IMG/VR virus record: IMGVR_UViG_3300025870_000001
DNA from: an uncultured virus (IMG/VR IMGVR_UViG_3300025870_000001)
Taxonomy: Duplodnaviria; Heunggongvirae; Uroviricota; Caudoviricetes
Reading direction: 5' to 3' (one strand)
Length of the DNA: 64,000 nucleotides
Part shown: positions 1 to 9,730 of the stretch, in pieces
Position numbering within the stretch: position 1 is the first letter of the stretch
How the letters are laid out: each line of letters begins with the position of its first letter
The notes under the pieces: model-generated
What the model saw: only the letters and a program-made list of their open reading frames with translations
The model's database searches: none
Told to the model about the DNA's origin: nothing
Made by a program: the position numbers and the translations under genes

Positions 1-175
1 CCTCAGCCAAATCTCCAGTATCTTTTGTCGCTATATTTGCATCAACTCTTGCATCAGTATAGTAAAGATTAGAACCTTCCGCCAAATCACCAGTATCTTT
101 GGACGCAATATTTGCATCCACTCTTGCTTCAGTGTAATAAAGATTAGTAGAACCTTCTGCAAGGTCATCTGTCGT
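1..175 (-). repeat. Coding tandem repeat, ~75-bp unit (KDTGDLAEGSNLYYTDARVDANIA)
   Basis: ccagtatcttt and atatttgcatc...actcttgc recur at about 75-bp spacing, in frame within the fibre gene. Confidence 0.75.
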
Positions 176-1177
176 GTTGTTTGCAAGATTATCTTCTGTT
201 GCTGATATAGTGAGAGTTCCGGCGACATCATCATATACCAATGAAATATTAGCACCAGCCTGAATTAAATTTGCAACCCTATCATCTACTCTTTCATCAG
301 TGAAATATAGATTAGTTCCTTCTGCAAGGTCTGTAGTAGTTTTATTGCTTAAATCTAGATTGGAACCTGCTTGCAGTGCAATTCTTGCATCTGTTCTTGC
401 GTCTGTATAATATAGATTTATCGAACCTTCTGGAATGGCGTCTGTTGATCTTGATGCTAAAAATGTATTTACAGCACCTTCAACAATATCATCAGAGTCG
501 AATTCTGTGAAGTTAATTGAAATATCTAAAAGATTACCAGCATCATCATAGTTTTTGGTTATACCGACACCATCAACAATTAAATCAGCAACTCTATCGT
601 CTACTCTTTCATCTGTGTAGTAAAGGTTATTAGAACCTTCTATAATTCCATCAGATGTACCAGAGATACCAAAATTACCAATATATCTAGCACCAACTAC
701 ATATATTTTATTTCCACTAATTCCACTAGGAAGATTATCTCCAATGAAGTTTAGAACGCCTGATTGATAATCGAAGAACCATTCATCATTATTTCCAGAA
801 CCCGCTGCGAATAATTGGGTGCCTGTAGACTGCGGATTGGCAGCTCCTGCGCTATCAATATAAACTTTTACTTGATATGTAGAGCCAAACTCTGGGGGGA
901 TCCAATCCGCAGCACTTGTCTTCCATGTTCTATTTGCAGACGCAGTTAAATCTGATGAGGTTTCAGTTGACGTTAATTCTACTTGAGATGTATTTGATGT
1001 AGGAATAGTTGCCGGAATGTCTCCAGCTTCCGCCCATAACTTATCACCCCTAATCAAAAGTGAACTAGGAATACTTTCGTTTGTAGCGTTTTTAATTGAG
1101 TTTATGTCAGTTTTAGTGACACCATATCCCAATTTTTTCCAAAGAAAGTCTAACTTTTGATTGTCGTTAATTGCCAT
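1..1177 (-). CDS. Tail fibre-like virion protein with TDDLAEGSxNLYYT repeats (5' part; runs off the left edge of the window)
   Basis: Not in the ORF track because it is truncated. Translated by hand from ATG at 1177 (GGGGAAG upstream): MAINDNQKLDFLWKKLGYGVTKTD...EWFFDYQSGVLNF..., then repeats such as TTDLAEGTNLYFTDERVDDRV and KDTGDLAEGSNLYYTDARVDANIA. No stop seen before position 1. Confidence 0.8.
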   Translation of the reverse strand, partial: MAINDNQKLDFLWKKLGYGVTKTDINSIKNATNESIPSSLLIRGDKLWAEAGDIPATIPTSNTSQVELTSTETSSDLTASANRTWKTSAADWIPPEFGSTYQVKVYIDSAGAANPQSTGTQLFAAGSGNNDEWFFDYQSGVLNFIGDNLPSGISGNKIYVVGARYIGNFGISGTSDGIIEGSNNLYYTDERVDDRVADLIVDGVGITKNYDDAGNLLDISINFTEFDSDDIVEGAVNTFLASRSTDAIPEGSINLYYTDARTDARIALQAGSNLDLSNKTTTDLAEGTNLYFTDERVDDRVANLIQAGANISLVYDDVAGTLTISATEDNLANNTTDDLAEGSTNLYYTEARVDANIASKDTGDLAEGSNLYYTDARVDANIATKDTGDLAE

Positions 1178-1185
1178 GACTTCCC

Positions 1186-4100
1186 CTATGACACACTAAG
1201 TGTTGTTACTGATTGCCCCGCATCTAATGCAATTCTAACAAGAGCCACATTACCAGTAGCATTTGTTAGGTTTTCAGTTCCAAGGGTCATGGTATAATTA
1301 CCACTTAGAGAAGTATTTGATATTATTCTATCCGAACCAGTTGAAGCACAACCATCACTTCCGTTTCCACCGTTTCCAGTATTTCCGCCGGGTACACCGG
1401 CTCCAGCATACTGAACTCCACAATTTAACCACCCATTTATAGAACTAGAATTGTCTATAGAAGTTCCTGGCGCAGCAATCCAAACGCCTGCGACACCAGA
1501 GGCACTTGTTATATTTATATTGAAGTTTGCTGTAACTGTTCGTCTAAACGCCAAGGTAAAATACTGCGTTCCTGTGTCTCCAGAACGATTTGGGCCTGTC
1601 GGTAAATATCCACTACTATAGTCATTTACATTGTGTTCTATTTTTCCAATTCTCAGTGTTGCTTCTTTAGTTCCAGCCATTCCCAAATCGCTAGATTCTG
1701 TATATGGGTTATTAGTATAGAAATTGGTAGAACCATTAAATGATGGATTGTTTGTTGTTTCTGAACTAAAATCAAATATACGAACACCATCATCATTAAA
1801 TCCCGAACCAAGAGAAGACGAAACATCTATAGAAGTTTCTGAAATTCCACTCTGTCCGGCAGTATGCACTTGTATTGCTGTGGTATTTTGTACCATACTT
1901 CCACTTCCATTGACATTATTTGTTGTTACTCCAAGTCGTTCAATAGTTCTTACACTAGAACCAGTGATATTAACATTTAGATTTCCCAATGCATATGGAG
2001 TACCGTTTCCAGTGTTTGCATTTGGTATTCCACCAGTCAGGAAAGTAGTTGATCCATCGATTGCAGAATAGTTGTAGTTTTGGGTGGAGATTGCAGAACT
2101 GCTCGTTCCTTCTTGATTTGTACCACTACTTATAGTCACAACGCTTGAGGTATTTCTATATGTTTGGCCAATAAAATTATCAACAGTAATGCCACTCCAA
2201 GTTAAAGAAGAACCTGAAGTATAATAAGGAATTCCTGAAATATATCTATAATTTCCCACATTTTCTGTAATTGTACCAGATGTTGTGGTGGGGGTAGATG
2301 TTAAATCATCCTTCACAAATTGCACTAGATTTGTATCTCCAGTGCTTGAATGTGAAAGTTTAAAGGAGTTTACACCAACACCAACGGCCGAGGCAGTTTT
2401 TTCAACATGGGCCTTAAAACCTTTGTATAAATCTGGATGATATATACTAGAAGAGAAAGAAGTGGAAGACCCAGAAGAATTTAGTAAATTGTAATCGCTT
2501 TCTGCGTCTATGACAAGACTAGTGTAGGTTCCTTGCTGTCCACCAGTTATTAAAGTAACAACCCCATCCACACTACCGTTGACAATCGCAGAAAGTGTTC
2601 CAGAATCTGCATTATATGCATATGTAGAGAATGTAGTTGTTTCTATTGTACCAGATGTTTTTGTAGTTCTGTCCACATCTTGCCCGACAGATAATGAAGT
2701 TCCGCCAGAATTGTCAGTAAATCCTGCAGCCAATCTTGGTGATGTTCCTGTATCTCCAGTAAAACTGATAGATTTTGAGCTCAGCCCAGCTGGCGCTGAT
2801 ATGTTTGGATCATATACTTTGAGCGTAGAAGTAACATCATCAGGAATTACAGCAGGGTTTGCTGTGCTGTGAGAATCTAGAGTTAATCTTAAAGTATCTC
2901 TGTCAGTTCCAGTATCTGTATTTGCACCCCATGTATGTTGAAGTCTTGTGCCCGATACCCCGCCTGCTGCATTATCAGATGCAATAGTGTCATTTGCTGT
3001 ACCATCACCCCAATTCATATTGTAAGTGACATCTGCCATGGTCGTATTTGTTGTTAAATTTTGAAGATATAGACTATCTCCTTCAATAACATACAAATTA
3101 TTTCCACTGAGGGTTGACCCGCCAGTTGCATTTCTATAGAGGGCAAAAGCGGCGTCAGGATCGGCTGTATATATGATTATATAATCTGTGTTAGTTGCAC
3201 TTGCCTCGCTTCCAGCGCCAGACCCTGAGTTGTTATATGCTCTTACGGTAACGGTGTATGGACTTCCACTATTACTTGTATATGTATGACTTGGAGTTGA
3301 ATCTGTTGTGCCGTTTGTGTTTGAACCATCACCCCAATCAATATCATATCTATTTGGAGAACCATCTACATTTAATGATAGTGTTACCGTAGTTCCTTCG
3401 CCGCCAGCTGTTGGAGAACCAGTAAAGGTAACACTTCTAACAAAAACGCCAATTCTAATATTATTTAATGCTTCATTTAATTCATCAATTGCATCTGCAG
3501 TTTTATCAGTAGATTCTAGAACAATTGCTCCATCACTTAAACTTCCATCAGTGGCAGTTCCAAGTTCTATATCAGACGCTTTTTTATTATTAAATGCATT
3601 ATCAAAATCTGATTGGCTAAATGTTACGCCTGGCACAAAATTAGTACCATCCCAAACTAGTGCATCTCCATTGTTGGGCGCAGCAGTTGTCGTATCCACA
3701 TCTGAAAGATCATCCACGACTGCAGCTGCAATTCTTGCATCTGCTCTTGCGTTTGTGTAATAAAGATTGGTAGATCCTTCTGCGATATCATCTGTAGTTC
3801 TATTTGCAAGGAAAGTATTTACTGTACCCTCTACAATATCATCTGAATCGAATTCGGCAAAATTGATTGCAATGTCTAAAAGATTTCCGGCATCATCATA
3901 ATTTTTGGTAATTCCAACACCATCTTGGATGAGAGCTGCAACTCTATCATCTACTCGCTCAGCAGTGAAAAATAAATTAGTGGAACCTTCATTGATAGTA
4001 TCGCTATCGCCCTGAGTGAAACTGAAAACGCCAGTAGCACTATCGTAGTTTATACTACCAGTGGCACTTACCGCATTTCTAACTCTCGTATCTGTATAGT

Positions 4101-4752
4101 ATAAATTAGTCGTACCTTCTGATATGTCATCAGTAGTTCTTGATGCTAAAAATGTATTAACAGAACCTTCAACAATATCATCGGTATCAAACTCGGCAAA
4201 ATTAATTGCAATATCTAAAAGATTTCCAGCATCATCATAGTTTTTAGTAATACCTACGCCATCTTGAATTAATGCGGCGACTCTATCATCTACTCTTTCA
4301 TTTGTATAATAAAGATTTGTTCCCTCTGGAATATCTGTAGTTGTTCTACTTGCAAGGAAAGTGTTAACTGCGCCTTCGACAATATCATCGGAATCAAATT
4401 CAGTAAAATCTATAGAAATTGTTAGGAGATTACCGGCATCGTCATATACTTTGTTAATACCAGTTCCATCAACAAATAAAGATGCAACTCTATCGTCCAC
4501 CCTCTCAGATGTAAAGTATAAATTAGAAGTGCCTTCGGGGATTTGATCGGTATCTGGTTTATTGAGAAGGTCGGCCCAACTACCAGATTCGGCAATGTCT
4601 GCAAGACCAAGATTTGTTCTTGCACCTTGTGCAGTTGTTGCACCTGTACCGCCGTGTAGCAGTCCTAAAGTTTCTCCTGTTAAAAATTCACTTAAACCAG
4701 TAGTGTCTCCAGAACCATCTACAACAACTCTTATTGGAATTACATTAGACAT
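1186..4752 (-). CDS. Tail fibre/virion protein: N-terminal EGxxNLYYT repeat shaft, PKD-like domains, S/T/G/N-rich beta-rich C-terminus
   Basis: 1188-aa ORF. Three ~68-aa repeats (NLYYTNERVDDRVAALIQDGVGITKNYDDAGNLL...). PKD signatures IDWGDGS...PSHTY and MNWGDGT...LQHTW. Confidence 0.75.
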   Translation of the reverse strand: MSNVIPIRVVVDGSGDTTGLSEFLTGETLGLLHGGTGATTAQGARTNLGLADIAESGSWADLLNKPDTDQIPEGTSNLYFTSERVDDRVASLFVDGTGINKVYDDAGNLLTISIDFTEFDSDDIVEGAVNTFLASRTTTDIPEGTNLYYTNERVDDRVAALIQDGVGITKNYDDAGNLLDIAINFAEFDTDDIVEGSVNTFLASRTTDDISEGTTNLYYTDTRVRNAVSATGSINYDSATGVFSFTQGDSDTINEGSTNLFFTAERVDDRVAALIQDGVGITKNYDDAGNLLDIAINFAEFDSDDIVEGTVNTFLANRTTDDIAEGSTNLYYTNARADARIAAAVVDDLSDVDTTTAAPNNGDALVWDGTNFVPGVTFSQSDFDNAFNNKKASDIELGTATDGSLSDGAIVLESTDKTADAIDELNEALNNIRIGVFVRSVTFTGSPTAGGEGTTVTLSLNVDGSPNRYDIDWGDGSNTNGTTDSTPSHTYTSNSGSPYTVTVRAYNNSGSGAGSEASATNTDYIIIYTADPDAAFALYRNATGGSTLSGNNLYVIEGDSLYLQNLTTNTTMADVTYNMNWGDGTANDTIASDNAAGGVSGTRLQHTWGANTDTGTDRDTLRLTLDSHSTANPAVIPDDVTSTLKVYDPNISAPAGLSSKSISFTGDTGTSPRLAAGFTDNSGGTSLSVGQDVDRTTKTSGTIETTTFSTYAYNADSGTLSAIVNGSVDGVVTLITGGQQGTYTSLVIDAESDYNLLNSSGSSTSFSSSIYHPDLYKGFKAHVEKTASAVGVGVNSFKLSHSSTGDTNLVQFVKDDLTSTPTTTSGTITENVGNYRYISGIPYYTSGSSLTWSGITVDNFIGQTYRNTSSVVTISSGTNQEGTSSSAISTQNYNYSAIDGSTTFLTGGIPNANTGNGTPYALGNLNVNITGSSVRTIERLGVTTNNVNGSGSMVQNTTAIQVHTAGQSGISETSIDVSSSLGSGFNDDGVRIFDFSSETTNNPSFNGSTNFYTNNPYTESSDLGMAGTKEATLRIGKIEHNVNDYSSGYLPTGPNRSGDTGTQYFTLAFRRTVTANFNINITSASGVAGVWIAAPGTSIDNSSSINGWLNCGVQYAGAGVPGGNTGNGGNGSDGCASTGSDRIISNTSLSGNYTMTLGTENLTNATGNVALVRIALDAGQSVTTLSVS
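3780..4540 (-). repeat. Three ~200-bp coding repeats, with a fourth copy at ~430-640 in the neighbouring gene
   Basis: e.g. cttgatgctaaaaatgtatt...accttcaacaatatcatc at both ~451 and ~4139; atctaaaagatt.ccagcatcatcata-like blocks at ~523, ~3873 and ~4213. Confidence 0.85.
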
Positions 4753-4770
4753 TAAAGAACCTCTTTTTAC

Positions 4771-4778
4771 TATTTAGG
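4771..4778 (-). promoter_or_regulatory. Candidate T4-type late promoter variant CCTAAATA
   Basis: tatttagg on + strand, intergenic, ~20 nt upstream of the ATG at 4752. Confidence 0.5.
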
Positions 4779-4819
4779 AAGACTTTAAGACCTCTTTTGA
4801 TGGTCTGTAAAGTCTTCCT
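4776..4819. other. Long intergenic inverted repeat (hairpin)
   Basis: aggaagacttta (4776-4787) pairs with taaagtcttcct (4808-4819); agacc/ggtct inner stem; no U-tract follows on the coding strand. Confidence 0.75.
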
Positions 4820-4832
4820 TAATAATTCACTA

Positions 4833-7800
4833 TTAAGAGGTAAGAAGAGATGTATCTACATCAGTTGTATTAATTCCGTTACCGCCTACCAATTGCAGAA
4901 TTCTCATTCCATTACCATTGGCTTGAGTACTCATCATACCTTTATATAATCTTCTTTTATCATTTGTTCCAGTAGAACTAAATCTATCACTTGAGATGAG
5001 AGTATCTTGCCCAACAGCTCCAGCTGCACAGAAAGATATAAGGTCTAATTCAGTTCCTGTGTATAAGAACCTCTGAGTTCCTAATCTATTTGGAAACTGA
5101 ATTACTAATTGTCCAGCATCATTCAAAGATAACTGTTCTAGTGGATTTAGAACTGCATGTGAATCGACTTCGTTAATACCAGCAAACACATGTCTATCCC
5201 ATGGTTTTAATACATCTTTTTCTCTCACAACAAATCTTCTAAATCTTCCTTGAATATCTAAATTCATCGCTCGCAGCTCTTCGTCTTTCAATTCATCAAT
5301 TTTAAATTCTGTTAAATAATTTCCAGAAATATCATAAACTCCTTGATATGCTAACGAAGAAGTTCTTTCAGTAGTTTTTGAATTGAAATATGGAGTAAAA
5401 TCTGAGAACAATAATGGAGATTCTGATGATTGATATAGACAATGAATTGGCTGTTGATCAGAAGAAAAATCTGGAGCTCCAGTTGTTGCATCTACATGTC
5501 TTTGAACAACAAAGAATGCATTATCATCTGACTGATTTGTTGATGCCTGATCTTTTAGATACATCGCCATACCATGATCTGCTATAGTTATAGTATATGC
5601 CATTGGATATTGACTTGCAATTGATGGCTTGGTTTTTCCAGTTCTTCTAAACCAACCTTTTTGCACTCTCAATTTACCATCATTGAATGGTGTGTCTGCA
5701 ACAAGTTCAGACGAAGTTCCAGACAAAAAGCTTTCCTCATATCTATATTCATTATCTAATAGTATACCTTCTGTGAGTGTTACATTTACTGGTATTGTTG
5801 GGTTTGTAATTGTTGCCGAGTTTGTAAACGCAGCTGCTAAACCAGTTTTTTTATCACCATCACTCTCATAATGTGCCTCTCCAACTCTTCCGGCACGAAC
5901 ATTAAATCCGCTTTTAAGCTGCGAATCTAATTCAGACCTATTGACAAATGGATTAATTAGATGAGTGACAGATTCTTGATAACCATTAAATTGAGTTCTG
6001 ATTCCGCCCAAAAATCCTGGCTCTCTTAAATTTGAGGGCTTGGTTCCATCGCGCCCTTCTACCTCAGCAATATTTCCATCTGAATTTAATTGAAATTCAG
6101 TTGCAACATGAACATTAAGATATTCAAAATTATTTGTCGCAATTGCCGCATCTCCGCTTGAACTCGAAAGTTGCAAATGCGTAGTGTTGATATAAGGAGA
6201 TGTTTCATTAACTTCTATACCCCTTGATACATTAAACCTAACTCTCCAAGGTTGATCTCCATTATTACCAGAAATTGGTAAAGTTCTGTCAGTTTCAAAT
6301 ACAAGAGGACCCATACTACGGTCAGTAACATATTCGAAAGATTCTATTTTGAGTTCTTTGCTAAATGTAGAAAACTCACTCCAGTGCGTCAATCCGCGAT
6401 TTGCCAAACCATGTGTCGTATTTGGATGTAATTGAGCGGCATCTTGATCAAAAGAAACTTGCGGGCCCAAAGGTCTATCATCAGCAGATACTACTTGTTG
6501 ATAATATGAAACAAAATATGATGTTGCTTTGTTTTCATCCAACCCAGTAAAAACTGACCAAGTTCCATTTACTGGATTTGCAAATGTGCCCAAATCTCTA
6601 GACAGAGGAAATTGTAAACGGACTGCCGAAACATCTGTTGTGACGCCAAGTTGAATTTGAGCCAGATCTAGATCCAATGGATCTGCAACTCCGGCATTGC
6701 TTGCATCGATGAGAACATCTTCTGTATAAAAATTAGAAACGTCAGCAACAAATGCTGCTCTTGCTGGAAGGTCTGCAACTAAGAAACCATTCAATCCATA
6801 TTCTGCAGAAGTTGTATCTCCGATATTGACAGTAGTTCCTGTAAATGCCGAAGAATCCGTGCCTAAGAACCCATGAGTTTTTGATGTATCAGAAATTTTC
6901 ATATACGCAGTCGAGTTTCTATTATATTTGAGTGAAATATAATTAGAACCAGCAACAACAGTCATATATGAGTTTATATACGAATTTCCTCTCAATGCAT
7001 TTGCAATATTTTCGGATAATTGCGCAGCATTTAAATTTCTAGGAGATGTATATGAAACTGTAACATTTTTTACTGCTGCAGTATTTGTCAATTTATCTGC
7101 AGCTGCTTCGTCAATAACTCCAGTTAAGGTGATTTCAAACGTATCGGCAATATTTGATCCGTCTAAACCACGAATTTGAACTTCATGTACATATCCATTT
7201 GTATATGTGCTTCCAGTTATTTCTGTAGAACCGTCTGTTACTGTAGATGATGCGGTTGCTTGGGGAACAGTAAATATTGTTGGAGTATTTGCAAAAGAGG
7301 TTGTTGGCCTTTCAGTTCTTGTAAAAGTACAAGTAAGATTGTGACCTATTTCCCTAGATTCAAATTCAAGTACTCCTACTCTATCTGGGTCTAAAACGAC
7401 TTCAAATAATCCGCCTTTAGGATCTGCAATATTAGTTTTCACCAATTCATCCAACACAGATCTCGTAAATCCTTCTACTGAAGAATCGTTACCAACTGTT
7501 ACCGCAACTTCATATGTAACATTAGGAGCAGGAGATATTGAAGAATGAACAAATGAAAATGTGTAAATGTCTCCAATTTGAAAATTATTTTCTGTGAACG
7601 CCTGATCGAACCCAATTAAGAGTTCTCCTTTGTATTTTGCTGGTTCAACAGTTCCTGATGGAAAAAAGAATTGATCTTTTAGATTTGAAATCCAAAAAGC
7701 ATGTTTTACAGCTCCATCTGGCTGGACATCTCTTTTATAATGTCTTAATTCTGCTTTTGTATTGACACCGCTTGCGGCTGCAGGCAGAAAAGATACTCCC

Positions 7801-8711
7801 CTACCTACTTTAGTGAGAAGTGCTAAAATTTTATTATATTCATTTTCATAAACTTTTTGAGATAATGAAGGTAGTCCGACATATCCTGGCTGTGGGTTTG
7901 TTCCCTGCGTTGTTTTTAGTTTAGTGGGCGTTGGGTTTTTCTTTAAAAAATGGCCATTTGGTTGATTTGAAGGCCTATCAAGAGATGCTGCAGGGTCTCC
8001 AAATTTAATAACATCATCCACCGCAATAGTCTGTGCAGAAGAAACAGTTATTTGTGTTCCAGAGTTGATCGAAACGATAGTTGGGCCAGATGATACTGCA
8101 GCTCCATTAATTTCTAATAAAGTTTCTCCAACGGATAATTGCGCTGTATTATAGAAATATAGTACCGTGTCGCTGGTAACTGCTGATTTAGAAAATACTG
8201 TTGTTTTCCAAATTGAAGATCCGCCTCTAAGGGATGGATGTGGATTTAAGTATGAAAATAGTTCCGCATTTGGCCCAACAATTTTTGTAAAATCTAATGT
8301 TCCTGAGTATGAGTTGGGTTTATTAATAACCGTCGAAATGTCATCGTGCCAGTCTGGATCATTATATAAATCTTCAATAGCCTTAATTCTTCTGCTATAT
8401 TCTCCATCTAATTTAAAATCTGTATAGGTTGGATCTGTTGTTAGCGATATAGGATTATCTACGGCAAAGGCGCCCGCCGATTGTGTCTGAGTTGAAGAAT
8501 CATAATGCCATACAATAAATTCATCAATGAATTTTGTTAACTCTTCGTCTGTTATTACTAATTTTGTTATCTGTGGACCAACATCTACAAAACCATTTGC
8601 AAGAAGATCTTCAGACAACTGTACTAATAATGGTTTGAAAACTTCTTTTGTTGGGTCGTAATTATATCCATCTAAATGGACTACTTCGTTTCTTGTTATT
8701 GATACGGACAT
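4833..8711 (-). CDS. Virion structural protein, paralogue family member A (1292 aa)
   Basis: Shares ordered motifs WRVRF, WFRR, YPMAYTITIADHG, FVVQRHVD, PIHCLY, RFVVREKDVLKPWDRH, NPLEQLS, GNGMRI with the ORFs at 21890, 26425 and 30637. AGGAG RBS. Confidence 0.75.
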   Translation of the reverse strand: MSVSITRNEVVHLDGYNYDPTKEVFKPLLVQLSEDLLANGFVDVGPQITKLVITDEELTKFIDEFIVWHYDSSTQTQSAGAFAVDNPISLTTDPTYTDFKLDGEYSRRIKAIEDLYNDPDWHDDISTVINKPNSYSGTLDFTKIVGPNAELFSYLNPHPSLRGGSSIWKTTVFSKSAVTSDTVLYFYNTAQLSVGETLLEINGAAVSSGPTIVSINSGTQITVSSAQTIAVDDVIKFGDPAASLDRPSNQPNGHFLKKNPTPTKLKTTQGTNPQPGYVGLPSLSQKVYENEYNKILALLTKVGRGVSFLPAAASGVNTKAELRHYKRDVQPDGAVKHAFWISNLKDQFFFPSGTVEPAKYKGELLIGFDQAFTENNFQIGDIYTFSFVHSSISPAPNVTYEVAVTVGNDSSVEGFTRSVLDELVKTNIADPKGGLFEVVLDPDRVGVLEFESREIGHNLTCTFTRTERPTTSFANTPTIFTVPQATASSTVTDGSTEITGSTYTNGYVHEVQIRGLDGSNIADTFEITLTGVIDEAAADKLTNTAAVKNVTVSYTSPRNLNAAQLSENIANALRGNSYINSYMTVVAGSNYISLKYNRNSTAYMKISDTSKTHGFLGTDSSAFTGTTVNIGDTTSAEYGLNGFLVADLPARAAFVADVSNFYTEDVLIDASNAGVADPLDLDLAQIQLGVTTDVSAVRLQFPLSRDLGTFANPVNGTWSVFTGLDENKATSYFVSYYQQVVSADDRPLGPQVSFDQDAAQLHPNTTHGLANRGLTHWSEFSTFSKELKIESFEYVTDRSMGPLVFETDRTLPISGNNGDQPWRVRFNVSRGIEVNETSPYINTTHLQLSSSSGDAAIATNNFEYLNVHVATEFQLNSDGNIAEVEGRDGTKPSNLREPGFLGGIRTQFNGYQESVTHLINPFVNRSELDSQLKSGFNVRAGRVGEAHYESDGDKKTGLAAAFTNSATITNPTIPVNVTLTEGILLDNEYRYEESFLSGTSSELVADTPFNDGKLRVQKGWFRRTGKTKPSIASQYPMAYTITIADHGMAMYLKDQASTNQSDDNAFFVVQRHVDATTGAPDFSSDQQPIHCLYQSSESPLLFSDFTPYFNSKTTERTSSLAYQGVYDISGNYLTEFKIDELKDEELRAMNLDIQGRFRRFVVREKDVLKPWDRHVFAGINEVDSHAVLNPLEQLSLNDAGQLVIQFPNRLGTQRFLYTGTELDLISFCAAGAVGQDTLISSDRFSSTGTNDKRRLYKGMMSTQANGNGMRILQLVGGNGINTTDVDTSLLTS

Positions 8712-8752
8712 TATTAATCAACTCCTATTAATTTATTAAAGCGTTTTTGTAT

Positions 8753-8760
8753 TATTTATA
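8753..8760 (-). promoter_or_regulatory. T4-type late promoter TATAAATA
   Basis: Exact consensus, intergenic, ~40 nt upstream of 8711, preceded by a T-tract. Confidence 0.8.
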
Positions 8761-8769
8761 AAAAAAAGA

Positions 8770-9702
8770 TTATACACCGTTAGTTATTATATCGATGCTA
8801 TCTTGAGTTCCATTTTGAAAAGTAAAAGCAACAGTACCGCTAATTAGATTATTTCCTTGAAACGTTGTGGTTAGTGGAATATCATCTCTAGTACCTGTAG
8901 TTTTTTTAAACTTTATAAATCCACCTACTCCAAAATTAGTTTCTGGTCGAAATTTTCCAGTACCCGCATCATATGCCAACCCTACTATATTTGCCCCACT
9001 AACATCAGATGCAGAATGTCCAGCATATTCAAAGTTTTGTAAATTATCTTCTATAGTATTTATATCTGTTAAAATGCCACCTTCCACAGAGATAGCTCTG
9101 GTTCTTTCTGCTGCAATTGCCGTATCCAACAATTCGACTGCGCTTGCAATAGATGTAGATGTGTCTATATAATTTGTACCAGATGGTGTAATGTAAGAGC
9201 CATCTGTATCCAATCCAACTGCAAGCTCAATTGTATCTAATTCATTATATATCGGAGTTAGATTTACGCTAACTGATGTTATTAGAGTGTTAGGGTCGAA
9301 TGATGTTTCTAAACCCCCGCCAAATTCTATCTCTCCAGTAATGTTTCCGCCAACGGTTAAAGCAGTTCCCACTGCCAACCATGCTTCTCCTGTTCCATAA
9401 TAAAATGTTTTGAGAGATGTATCTATTGCAAATCTTCCAATACTTGGAGTTTGTGCATTTAGTGTTGCATAATCTGGATATTGGTCAAATCTATTAAGAT
9501 TGAAATTATCACGCATTGTACTTTTAATAGAATCTAAAATTTCTTCATTAGATGCTGTATCTGGTAGTCCATTTGCGCTAGCATCACCGCCAGCCCCAAT
9601 TCCACCATCCAAAATTCCTACAAAGTCAGATTCTAAAAATTCTGCAAGTACTACATCACCAGTTGGTTGTACGACCGCCTTTACTGGAAACGCTTGTGCC
9701 AT
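8770..9702 (-). CDS. Short fibre-like virion protein (310 aa)
   Basis: N-terminus (PVKAVVQPTGDVVLAEFLESDFVGILDGGIGA) resembles that of the 1188-aa fibre (PIRVVVDGSGDTTGLSEFLTGETLGLLHGGTGA). Central ELDTIELAVGL...TNYIDTSTSIASAVELLDTAI resembles repeats in the 387-aa fibre. AGGAG RBS. Confidence 0.65.
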   Translation of the reverse strand: MAQAFPVKAVVQPTGDVVLAEFLESDFVGILDGGIGAGGDASANGLPDTASNEEILDSIKSTMRDNFNLNRFDQYPDYATLNAQTPSIGRFAIDTSLKTFYYGTGEAWLAVGTALTVGGNITGEIEFGGGLETSFDPNTLITSVSVNLTPIYNELDTIELAVGLDTDGSYITPSGTNYIDTSTSIASAVELLDTAIAAERTRAISVEGGILTDINTIEDNLQNFEYAGHSASDVSGANIVGLAYDAGTGKFRPETNFGVGGFIKFKKTTGTRDDIPLTTTFQGNNLISGTVAFTFQNGTQDSIDIITNGV

Positions 9703-9721
9703 TTATTTCTCCTATTTTTTA

Positions 9722-9729
9722 TATTTATA
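9722..9729 (-). promoter_or_regulatory. T4-type late promoter TATAAATA
   Basis: Exact consensus, intergenic, 20 nt upstream of the ATG at 9702. Confidence 0.75.
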
Positions 9730-9730
9730 T

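Noticed and set aside
430..4540. Diversity-generating retroelement TR/VR pair
   Set aside because: Differences between copies are mainly synonymous and not adenine-specific, all copies are in coding shafts, and no reverse transcriptase is in the window.
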